This document shows, one piece after another, positions 1-7,319 of a stretch of DNA of 42,893 nt. The translations under genes were made by a program, and so were the position numbers. The notes under the pieces were generated by a model. It ran no database searches and was not told the DNA's origin. It was given only the letters and a program-made list of their open reading frames with translations. Origin of the DNA: a virus. Its lineage: Duplodnaviria; Caudoviricetes. Each line of letters opens with the position of its first letter. The stretch's first letter is position 1. The stretch is taken from IMG/VR virus record IMGVR_UViG_3300044960_000121, positions 1-42,893 of that record; one strand, given 5' to 3'.

Positions 1-158
1 TGAAAAACTACCAAACACAAACATCTTAAAATGTGTGCCTGTCCCCGCAAAAAATGATAATGGATTTTTTGATTATGATTTTGAAAGTAATACTCTACAA
101 GTTAATTTAAATCAAAATGGAAAATTTAATCTTTTTGATTGTGATTTAATGCTTTTTC
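1..158. repeat. Terminal direct repeat, left copy (circular-contig overlap)
   Basis: 1-158 equals 42736-42893 except C113 vs A42848; an ORF reads through the junction. Confidence 0.95.
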
Positions 159-337
159 GTTTTGCAAATAGATTACATGGTAGAAGCATTGATGGCTCTA
201 GTGTTGCGTTCATCGCTCAAGATACCGTTGGCAAACTAATTTATAATTTTTATAAAATTAGATTTTCATTAACAACGCAAAATCAAAATGCATGGGTAGG
301 CATTGAGATGCATACATATGTGCGGGGCAATGTATGA
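1..337 (+). CDS. 3' part of a 239-aa hypothetical (likely structural) protein starting at 42353 across the junction
   Basis: The frame of ORF 35..337 is continuous with the ORF from ATG 42353 through the terminal repeat. Confidence 0.8.
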   Translation, partial: EKLPNTNILKCVPVPAKNDNGFFDYDFESNTLQVNLNQNGKFNLFDCDLMLFRFANRLHGRSIDGSSVAFIAQDTVGKLIYNFYKIRFSLTTQNQNAWVGIEMHTYVRGNV

Positions 338-813
338 TAGTGATTGTAGCGGCAGGAAAGTCTTTATTATCAAGGCTTATAAGCCTTACAACAAAAAGCG
401 AATACACACACACAATAATACAACTTCCGCCTCCTTATGATATGCTTGTTTTGCATTCAACAATTTTTGGAGTTAGACTAAATTTTTTAAACAAAATAAA
501 AAGAAGATATAAAAAGTACATATCCTTCGAATGCCTTGATAGTCAAGTCAATCAAGCGACTTTATATATTGCTAAAAAATTAGATAATGAAAAATATGAT
601 TATCTGAGCTTGTTTTTAATTTTATTAAATAAAATTTTTAAAACAAAAAAATTAAATGAATATAGAAAAAATAAAAGTTATAATTGTGTTGAAGTGTTTT
701 TAGAGATAATGAAAAATTCAAATATTGAATTTGATTTTGAGATTGATAAAATTGAAACGCCACAAGATATAATTGACGAACTAAGATGTAGCAAGCTTTT
801 TAAGGAGATATAA
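334..813 (+). CDS. Permuted NlpC/P60 papain-like amidase (YiiX/YebB-like)
   Basis: His motif SEYTH near the N-terminus, then KYDY and YNCVE (His before Cys, the permuted order). Confidence 0.65.
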   Translation: MIVIVAAGKSLLSRLISLTTKSEYTHTIIQLPPPYDMLVLHSTIFGVRLNFLNKIKRRYKKYISFECLDSQVNQATLYIAKKLDNEKYDYLSLFLILLNKIFKTKKLNEYRKNKSYNCVEVFLEIMKNSNIEFDFEIDKIETPQDIIDELRCSKLFKEI

Positions 814-1347
814 ATGCCAACAGTCAGACAAGGCGATTTTATTCCATTGAGCTTAAAGCTTTATGATGAGCGTAGCGATAGATACGTGCGTGCATACCTC
901 ACTGATAGCAATGGCAATCCATTGCCACAATCACCTGTCAATCTTACACATGTAGGCTTTGGCTTGTATGAGAATAGAACCATTGCAATGCCTAATGTGG
1001 AGCATGTTACTGCGGTTTATGTTGTTTATTCTGATGCTGGCTATACAATTGAGGATGAAAATTATACTCATGGCGTTGATTTATTCGAACTTCACGTTCC
1101 TGATTTTGTAATTTTGACAAAATTAAATGAAATAAAAAATATATGCGAAAAGCTAGCGGCTCAAACATCAGTGGCTCAAGAGGTTAAAGGCATTGTGCAA
1201 TTAGCCGATGAAATTAGTGCATTATTATCTTCAAATAAAATTGAGGCTAAAGTGTTAGATGAAAAAATTGAGACACAAACAAGCGATAAAAATAATTTAT
1301 CAATAGATTTAAATGATAATAAATTTTTATTAGGAGAAATAAAATGA
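814..1347 (+). CDS. Hypothetical protein, probably virion-associated
   Basis: 177-aa ORF coupled to its neighbours; beta-rich N-terminal half. Confidence 0.5.
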   Translation: MPTVRQGDFIPLSLKLYDERSDRYVRAYLTDSNGNPLPQSPVNLTHVGFGLYENRTIAMPNVEHVTAVYVVYSDAGYTIEDENYTHGVDLFELHVPDFVILTKLNEIKNICEKLAAQTSVAQEVKGIVQLADEISALLSSNKIEAKVLDEKIETQTSDKNNLSIDLNDNKFLLGEIK

Positions 1348-1724
1348 GCATACCTTGCATTACAACAACACAAACTTTAACGATTGTAAGAGGTGAAGAA
1401 AAGGAGTTTTACATTAGATTAAAAACTGAAAGTGATGATTTTTATAATTTGTCAAGCATTGATCCCGCTAGCGGTGATAACATAAGCGTGATTTTTTTGA
1501 AAGCAGATAACACAACGCTGACAAAAGGTTTAATTAATGGCGTTTCGATTGTATCGGCTGAAGGCGGTAAGATAAAAGTGATATTGCAAGAGACAGAAAC
1601 CGCACTTTTAAAGGTAGGGGATTCTCAAGATATCGAGGTAGAAATTTTAGAAAATGGTGGAACATCAAAAAGAATAATACAGATCAAAGGCGTTTTAAAT
1701 GTTGTTAAACGCTTAGGTGAGTAG
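1344..1724 (+). CDS. BppU N-terminal-like structural protein
   Basis: LTIVRGE...YNLS...GKIKVIL.ETET..L...DIEV pattern typical of BppU_N-like domains. Confidence 0.45.
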   Translation: MSIPCITTTQTLTIVRGEEKEFYIRLKTESDDFYNLSSIDPASGDNISVIFLKADNTTLTKGLINGVSIVSAEGGKIKVILQETETALLKVGDSQDIEVEILENGGTSKRIIQIKGVLNVVKRLGE

Positions 1725-1758
1725 TCAAAAAATTAGACACTAGCCTATAAGTCTCTTT

Positions 1759-1824
1759 TAGCAAATTTTATGCCTATCAATTTATGCAAGAATTAAGCCA
1801 TGCATTTATGCAAAAAATAAGCCA
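1759..1824 (-). promoter_or_regulatory. Three tandem sigma54-like -24/-12 boxes
   Basis: Minus strand AGGCATAAAATTTGCT, TGGCTTAATTCTTGCA, TGGCTTATTTTTTGCA; each is GG-N10-GC, spaced 24-25 bp. Confidence 0.55.
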
Positions 1825-1855
1825 AAAAAAGCGGCTAGAACAATGTCCTAGCCGC
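1824..1855 (-). terminator. Rho-independent terminator of the leftward operon
   Basis: Minus strand GCGGCUAGGAC-AUU-GUUCUAGCCGC followed by U7. Confidence 0.85.
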
Positions 1856-1906
1856 CAAAAACAAACAACAGAAAGGAGGGCAGCCTAAAGATAATACTCT
1901 AGGCTA
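1824..1906 (-). ncRNA. Candidate 3'-UTR-derived anti-SD small RNA
   Basis: Hairpin AGCCUAGAG/CUUUAGGCU, then single-stranded CCCUCCUUUCUGUUGUUUGUUUUUG, then the terminator. Confidence 0.4.
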
Positions 1907-1908
1907 TC

Positions 1909-2070
1909 CTAGTGTATAGTGTAGCATACAATTTGATTTTTCTCATTCGTTTTTTGCTCATTTTCATCTAAATCATTGATTTCATTGTTATAATCTATTT
2001 CTAACTCTGTATCATCTAAAAGTATATCATCATCAGAATATTGCATTTTTTGATTGTTGTATACTAACAT
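1909..2070 (-). CDS. Small very acidic protein (53 aa), absent from the ORF track
   Basis: GGAGGT RBS 4 nt before ATG; MLVYNNQKMQYSDDDILLDDTELEIDYNNEINDLDENEQKTNEKNQIVCYTIH. Confidence 0.75.
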   Translation of the reverse strand: MLVYNNQKMQYSDDDILLDDTELEIDYNNEINDLDENEQKTNEKNQIVCYTIH

Positions 2071-2079
2071 CGTAACCTC

Positions 2080-2598
2080 CTAGTTTTCTTTATTTATTTC
2101 TTCAATTACTTCTTTAACAAAATTTTTTAATGATTTTACTGATTTAAAGCAGTATGAGCCAAACAGTACATGTTTGTACTTTAGTTCAGGGCGGACTGCT
2201 ACGTCCGCCGTACAATTAAAGCAATCCTCATAATGCATGTAAGTATATGTATCTACTATAAAATTTTTATCTATCGAAATGTAAGGTTTGCCGCTATCAT
2301 CAAGCAATTGATATTTTTCATCTTTTTTGCTTGTAAGTCGTAAGCCATTGATACGTATATGTTTTTTGTTAAAAAACCAACGCAGCGCTACCTCAAATAC
2401 AGGGGAGTAGAGAACACTAGCGTGTACTGCAGTAGTATCCTGCCATACTGCTGGGGCGTATTTTGGCCTACCCATCACTAGCAAGTGCTGCCAAGTGGGG
2501 TTTACACCTCCTAACCTTCTGTTTTTATTAAGAATTTCAGCTGTTATTTGAAGCTCAAGCTTTTTAATTAATTCTTTGATTTTATTGTTGTTTTTCAT
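2080..2598 (-). CDS. Hypothetical protein, paralog 3 of a tandem family
   Basis: GGAGG RBS; shares WF..K..I.I and YK..LF..F...S.K.L..F..EV motifs with the next two genes. Confidence 0.8.
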   Translation of the reverse strand: MKNNNKIKELIKKLELQITAEILNKNRRLGGVNPTWQHLLVMGRPKYAPAVWQDTTAVHASVLYSPVFEVALRWFFNKKHIRINGLRLTSKKDEKYQLLDDSGKPYISIDKNFIVDTYTYMHYEDCFNCTADVAVRPELKYKHVLFGSYCFKSVKSLKNFVKEVIEEINKEN

Positions 2599-2607
2599 TT
2601 TTGCCTC

Positions 2608-3222
2608 CTAGTAAATCCTGTCAATCACTTCATTAACAAAATTTTCCAAATCTTTCAAGGAGTTAAACCAAAACCTGCTAAATATGCAATATTTATAGGA
2701 TTTTTCTGGGGCTGAAGAGATGCGGGCATTAAAATCTAACCATTTATCGGCTACTTCAGAGGCGTAACTTGTAACTATGTGTTTTTGTTTGATTTCTACG
2801 TGTAAGTCGTCCCCATAAAACCATGTACATGTAGCTTCATCATCATTTAAATCAACGTTTTTTGAGCCTTCTAAATGTACATCATTGATTTCAATAGGTT
2901 TTTTATCACAAAACCATTCTTCTGCAACACGCATAAAGATGTCCTTTCTGGAATTAAAATATGAATAGCTATTAATTTTTAAACTATCAGGTTTAAAATA
3001 TGCACTTTCACAGATCTCAGAATAATATGAGCCGTTTAATGCCTTTTTTGCTTTTTGTTCTAATTCTTTGATTTTATTAATTTCTTCTTTTGTTAAAAAA
3101 TATCCGTACTTGCAATAAGTTACTGAATTGTCTGATGTTTTCATAGTGTTACCTCCTTTATTTGTTAAATTGTTGTTTTTGTTTAACTTTTTGCTTTCGT
3201 TGTTTTTTGTTAATTGTTTCAT
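2608..3222 (-). CDS. Hypothetical protein, paralog 2 (alternative in-frame start 3144)
   Basis: SD before both ATG 3222 (AAAGGAGA) and ATG 3144 (AAAGGAGG); shared family motifs. Confidence 0.8.
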   Translation of the reverse strand: MKQLTKNNESKKLNKNNNLTNKGGNTMKTSDNSVTYCKYGYFLTKEEINKIKELEQKAKKALNGSYYSEICESAYFKPDSLKINSYSYFNSRKDIFMRVAEEWFCDKKPIEINDVHLEGSKNVDLNDDEATCTWFYGDDLHVEIKQKHIVTSYASEVADKWLDFNARISSAPEKSYKYCIFSRFWFNSLKDLENFVNEVIDRIY

Positions 3223-3272
3223 GGTTTTATCTCCTTTCTTTTGTTAAGTTAATGTTTGTATTTGACTTTTTG

Positions 3273-3998
3273 TTACGCTGCTTTATTCATGTTGTTTTTG
3301 TCTTTTTGTTCTTCTTCGTCATCCTTAAAAAATTCAAGTTCTTTTTTAACTTCTTCTTCAAGTTTTTTTAGGTCTGATTTTTTTGTAAGATAAAATTTGC
3401 CAAAAAGGCAATATTTGTATGTTGCTTTTTTGTTGTTTGTTATATCCACCAGTCCATATATTTTTTCGGCTGGCAAATCCAAGGGTTCAAATGTGCGTAT
3501 TTCTGGCTCTTTTTCAGTTAGCATTTGTTCTTTTTGTATACTAACATAAAAATCTTTTTCAAAAGGCTCAAACGTAAATGGAATGTGCAAGCCTTTTTCT
3601 TCGTCCTCTTTTATGTATACATTTTTAATTTTTATATTGGTTTCATTGTTTGAAAACCAACGAAAAAGCACCTCCGCTATTGGGTCGTATGTTTTCATGT
3701 ACTTCCACTCGCCATTAACATATTGGTGATGAGGCTCATAGCCTATAGTCCTACCGTATCCGATGATGTAACCTTGTTTTAGTCTTTTCATCAATCGAAA
3801 AGAGCCTCGTATCCCTTCGTTGTACTCTGCAATCATTTTTCTTATTCTTTCGATTGTCTCTTGTACTACTTCGGCGGCTGACTTTTTACTGATTTTTTTG
3901 TTTGTTTTGTTTTGTTTCATTGTTTTTTTCCTCCTTTCTTTGTTTGTTGTTGTTTTGTTGTTTACTTTTTTTGTTTCGTTTGTTTTTGTTGTTTTCAT
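3273..3998 (-). CDS. Hypothetical protein, paralog 1 (start 3998 or 3920, not 4070)
   Basis: SD before ATG 3998 (AAAGGGGA) and 3920 (AAAGGAGG); ATG 4070 overlaps the promoter -10. Confidence 0.75.
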   Translation of the reverse strand: MKTTKTNETKKVNNKTTTNKERRKKTMKQNKTNKKISKKSAAEVVQETIERIRKMIAEYNEGIRGSFRLMKRLKQGYIIGYGRTIGYEPHHQYVNGEWKYMKTYDPIAEVLFRWFSNNETNIKIKNVYIKEDEEKGLHIPFTFEPFEKDFYVSIQKEQMLTEKEPEIRTFEPLDLPAEKIYGLVDITNNKKATYKYCLFGKFYLTKKSDLKKLEEEVKKELEFFKDDEEEQKDKNNMNKAA

Positions 3999-4068
3999 TT
4001 TTTGTCCCCTTTCTGTTTGTTTTTGTTTGGGGGATTTTTCTCTTTTCCCCTTAGTTAATCTATAATAC

Positions 4069-4095
4069 ATATCGGCATTATTTTAAAAAACTTTA
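4069..4095 (-). promoter_or_regulatory. Sigma28 (FliA/SigD) promoter
   Basis: Minus strand TAAAGTTT...GCCGATAT with exact TAAA-N15-GCCGATAT spacing. Confidence 0.8.
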
Positions 4096-4236
4096 GGGCA
4101 AAAATGCAAAAATTTTATAAGTTGTTGAAATCATTGAAAAGAAAATTTTTTAAAGGTTAATTTTTTTTGCTTTTTGATATCGTGTTTTTTCGTAATGATT
4201 TCAATTGTTTGTAAAAGTGTCGAATTACAATTGTAA

Positions 4237-4249
4237 AATCAATATGTTA
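4237..4249 (+). promoter_or_regulatory. IHF consensus site, with near-matches at about 4118-4130 and 4199-4211
   Basis: AATCAATATGTTA matches WATCAANNNNTTR; AT-rich context lowers specificity. Confidence 0.45.
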
Positions 4250-4331
4250 TAACGCAAATTTTTTGCATTTTTTTGATTTGAAGCAATTTTTTTTGATTTT
4301 TTTTGTTTTTTACAATGCTTTTTTGTTTTGA

Positions 4332-4406
4332 AAAGCCTTGTAGCTCAAGGCTTTCAGAGGTATAACAAAAACTTATGTTGTTAAAAGCCTTGTTGCTCAA
4401 GGTTTT
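4332..4406. repeat. Two intergenic copies of the genome-wide palindrome AAAGCCTTG-N5-CAAGGCTTT
   Basis: 4332-4354 perfect; 4384-4406 one mismatch. Confidence 0.9.
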
Positions 4407-4504
4407 TAAGAGATTAACGCTAATTTTTTTGGAAATTTTTTGAATTGATTTTTTTAAATGCTATATATATACATATTACATATATATGTTTTTCGTATTA
4501 TAAT

Positions 4505-4563
4505 AGCAAATAACATGCCTATTTTTAGGAATTAATATTGCATGATTAGCAACATGTATGCCG
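4505..4563. promoter_or_regulatory. Second cluster of three sigma54-like boxes
   Basis: GG-N10-GC at 4506-4519 (-), 4528-4541 (+) and 4549-4562 (-), each ending TTGC[AT]. Confidence 0.5.
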
Positions 4564-4633
4564 TGCAATTTTAGGCTCTAGTGGTATGTTGGCATGGCAT
4601 AAGTCCATATATAGCGTGTGTAAAAAATTTAGA

Positions 4634-4649
4634 CGTTTCATGTGAAACT
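4634..4649. promoter_or_regulatory. parS-like palindrome
   Basis: cGTTTCATGTGAAACt versus chromosomal parS consensus TGTTTCACGTGAAACA. Confidence 0.6.
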
Positions 4650-4651
4650 AT

Positions 4652-4870
4652 TTATTTTTTATCTCTTTTTACGTTTAATAAAAAAAGCTGATGAGAGGCG
4701 GCTAGATTATATAATCTTTGCCTTGCACAATTTGGGCATAGCCACCTATCCTTTTCAACATCATAACCTCTAACACCATTGTAAATCGCTTGTGTCCCAA
4801 CGAATCTACAAAGTCCCGCCTCAATGTCTTCAATTGTGATAATGTTTGAACATCTAACGCAAGTAATCAT
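4652..4870 (-). CDS. Small zinc-binding protein
   Basis: CVRC and CPNC pairs; GGAGG RBS. Confidence 0.65.
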   Translation of the reverse strand: MITCVRCSNIITIEDIEAGLCRFVGTQAIYNGVRGYDVEKDRWLCPNCARQRLYNLAASHQLFLLNVKRDKK

Positions 4871-5118
4871 GTCCCCCTCCTTATGTGTGTGTTTGCGTAG
4901 CGCATTGCCGAAATAAAATTTTCAAATAAAACTAGATTGTCTCCTTTTTTGACAGGCTTCCAGTCGCTTGCGGGATAAGGCTTTCCAAAGATAAAAAATT
5001 TTGGCGTTAATTTTTGATACTCAATTGTCCAAAATTTTCTATTATCAATCTCAATAATTTTATATCTCACATCTACTTTATTTTTTATAAAAATATTGTC
5101 TTTAAAAAACTTAAGCAT
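4867..5118 (-). CDS. Hypothetical protein
   Basis: AAGGAG RBS; overlaps the next gene by 4 nt. Confidence 0.65.
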   Translation of the reverse strand: MLKFFKDNIFIKNKVDVRYKIIEIDNRKFWTIEYQKLTPKFFIFGKPYPASDWKPVKKGDNLVLFENFISAMRYANTHIRRGT

Positions 5119-5145
5119 ATCATACTCCTTTAAAAGCCTTGTGTG

Positions 5146-5631
5146 TCAAGCCTTTGCGGCATATGTCCTACACCATTCCGCAATTAAAATTGCATCTACC
5201 TTGCCATCACTAAAAGATTTTTTTGTTTTTACAATATCAATGTATTGCGAAAATAATCGACAGAAAACAGTATAAGCTTTGTGTTTAGAGTTTTGACAGC
5301 CTTCAACACCAACAAACATAGGCTTTTGCCAAGTATGTGGTGAGACAAGCACATAAGGCAAGCCTAAAGCCAAAATTATCCCCTCAATCTGTCCGCAATG
5401 ATAGCCATATCTGAACATTGAGACAACGCCTTGCTTTGGCATTGCTTGCGCTTTTTCAATTGCAACGATTTTGATTTTATGTTTTTGTTTTATCTCTTTC
5501 ATCAATTCAAAAAATTTTAATAAATCAAATTTGCCGCTTGTTTTTGGAATTTCATAAGCCGCAACAGATTGCGGCGTTATAACCGCAATAGCTCCATGAT
5601 TGCCAACATCAATGCCAACATATGCACACAT
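5146..5631 (-). CDS. RuvC-like Holliday junction resolvase
   Basis: VGIDVG..GAIA, VAIE, P..W.K, DG.VDAILIA RNase H-fold motifs. Confidence 0.85.
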   Translation of the reverse strand: MCAYVGIDVGNHGAIAVITPQSVAAYEIPKTSGKFDLLKFFELMKEIKQKHKIKIVAIEKAQAMPKQGVVSMFRYGYHCGQIEGIILALGLPYVLVSPHTWQKPMFVGVEGCQNSKHKAYTVFCRLFSQYIDIVKTKKSFSDGKVDAILIAEWCRTYAAKA

Positions 5632-6084
5632 TTAAAATGGCAGCTCCTTTAGTGCTTGTTCTGATTTTGTTGTTGTTTGTGTTGTTGTTTTTGATTTTGC
5701 ATTTTGTATTATTGATGATAGTTTTTGCTTTAAAATTTCTTTGTCAGGTTTTTGTTTAAACTCATTTACGTATTCGGCAACATATCTAATTTTTCCATTC
5801 TCATCTGTTTCTACGCTTGTCTTAATATCATAAAATCTAGATGTATCAAGGCTTTTAGAGTCAATGCCATCCGCTAGATTGACAACATCATCAATTGAGC
5901 CATTAAAACCACAAGTTTTTAATGTGTCTAAAATTCTTTGAATTGATTTTTCGGTTGTTAACCACCCTGTCCATACGTATGTATCTTTATCAAGTGTTTC
6001 AAGAGTTTCAAATTCTATGAATACAACAGCCTTATCATTGCTTGTCACATTAATGCCGTAGTCTTTAATTTTTGCCTTCGCCAT
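5632..6084 (-). CDS. Putative ssDNA-binding protein (DUF669-like)
   Basis: Follows the Sak4-type ATPase; flexible tail ending ELPF. Confidence 0.6.
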   Translation of the reverse strand: MAKAKIKDYGINVTSNDKAVVFIEFETLETLDKDTYVWTGWLTTEKSIQRILDTLKTCGFNGSIDDVVNLADGIDSKSLDTSRFYDIKTSVETDENGKIRYVAEYVNEFKQKPDKEILKQKLSSIIQNAKSKTTTQTTTKSEQALKELPF

Positions 6085-6985
6085 TTGTTTCTCCTTTCTG
6101 TGTTTGAGTTAATGATTTTACTTTTTGCTCAATCTTTTTTAGCATTTCTAAATTTGTTTTATTTTCATCAATTGATTTTTTGATTTTTTCTTTTAATTCT
6201 TCATCTTCAATTTTTAAAATCAATTCAGATAAGTTTTTTATTATATCCTGTATCTCATGTGAGCCTTGCGTAGCAAGGCGTACAAGCTCATCATATTTTT
6301 TAAAGTCTAATGATATCTCAAAAGGCAAACAAAATCTATTTTTAGCATCTATGCCTATGCGTGCCTCCGTATATATTACTCTTTCACCTGTCAGTGTTGG
6401 GTTTTCCTTATCTCTTATCAATTTGTAATTTGCAAATAAAACACTGTCAACAAATTCTTTAAATAATGCCGCCGATTTTTTATGTAGTTTAAATGTATAA
6501 CGATTATACTCAATCTGATTTTGGGGATCGCTAAATGTTGTAATGTCTGCATGGCATATGATTGCAATGTTATATTTTTTTCTAAGATCAGTTAATTTAT
6601 CTTTTAATAAAATAAAGCTAGCTAATGCCTCAGTGTAGCCTTTTCCATAGCCGCCTGCGGCTAATTCAATGTTTTTAACTTTATATTTTTCACAAATTTG
6701 TTTATGAAGCATGTACTCCACCCAGTCGAGACTATCAATTACAACGCTTTTATATTTTGTTTCGTTTTTTAATAGCCAGTCACAAAATTCTAAAACCTCT
6801 TCAAAGCCTTGTGGCTCAAAGCGTTCAACATCTATAACTGCAGTACCATCTTCAGCGGCGATAAAAATAGGGGCGGGCATAGAGGCACAAAATGTTGTTT
6901 TGCCAATGCCTGATACCCCATATATCAAAAACAAATGGTTTTTAGTTGTTATTCCTCTTTTTATTTGTTCATTAAAATTTTTCAT
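6065..6985 (-). CDS. AAA_24 / Sak4-like single-strand annealing ATPase
   Basis: YGVSGIGKTT Walker A, VVIDSLD Walker B, GYGKGY, IICH, AKNR. Confidence 0.85.
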   Translation of the reverse strand: MKNFNEQIKRGITTKNHLFLIYGVSGIGKTTFCASMPAPIFIAAEDGTAVIDVERFEPQGFEEVLEFCDWLLKNETKYKSVVIDSLDWVEYMLHKQICEKYKVKNIELAAGGYGKGYTEALASFILLKDKLTDLRKKYNIAIICHADITTFSDPQNQIEYNRYTFKLHKKSAALFKEFVDSVLFANYKLIRDKENPTLTGERVIYTEARIGIDAKNRFCLPFEISLDFKKYDELVRLATQGSHEIQDIIKNLSELILKIEDEELKEKIKKSIDENKTNLEMLKKIEQKVKSLTQTQKGETNGEGKN

Positions 6986-7194
6986 TCTTTTAACTCCTCT
7001 ATTAATCTTAATACATTATTAACTTGTTGGTTGGGTATTTTCTTTTGTCTTAACCATGCTCTTATTGGGTATGATGAGCGATAGCCTAATTTGTATGCTA
7101 TGAAAACATCGCCATACTTGTTTTTTAATAGATTTAAATTTTTTATTATCTCATTGATATTGATATTTTTATCATAATAAGCCTTGTTGTACAT
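6982..7194 (-). CDS. Small HTH (Cro-like) DNA-binding protein
   Basis: IAYKLGYRSSYPIRAW...KIP HTH-like pattern; GGAGG before ATG 7194. Confidence 0.55.
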   Translation of the reverse strand: MYNKAYYDKNININEIIKNLNLLKNKYGDVFIAYKLGYRSSYPIRAWLRQKKIPNQQVNNVLRLIEELKE

Positions 7195-7218
7195 GTTTGC
7201 CTCCTCTTTGTTTAGCAT

Positions 7219-7247
7219 AATATACTTTTTTTTATGAAAATTTGCAA
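7219..7247 (-). promoter_or_regulatory. Leftward sigma70-like promoter (divergent partner about 7263-7291 on +)
   Basis: TTGCAA-N17-TATATT on -; TTGAAA-N17-TATAAA on +. Confidence 0.5.
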
Positions 7248-7319
7248 CACAAAAAAAATTATTTGAAAAATAAAATTAACTATTATATAAAAAATCTACA
7301 ATTCAATTCGGAGAAAAAA

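Noticed and set aside
3162-4065. Plus-strand Phe/Leu-rich ORFs 3162-3371 and 3820-4065 as membrane proteins
   Set aside because: They are antisense shadows of A-rich leaders and lack an RBS
3999-4070. ORF-track start at 4070 (also 7218, 7242, 38424 and 41715)
   Set aside because: These lack an SD or overlap promoter or hairpin elements; better starts are 3998/3920, 7194, 7320, 38436 and 41751
4332-4406. Palindrome pair as a mini CRISPR array
   Set aside because: Only two adjacent copies, the repeat centre varies, the rest are dispersed in genes, and no cas genes are present
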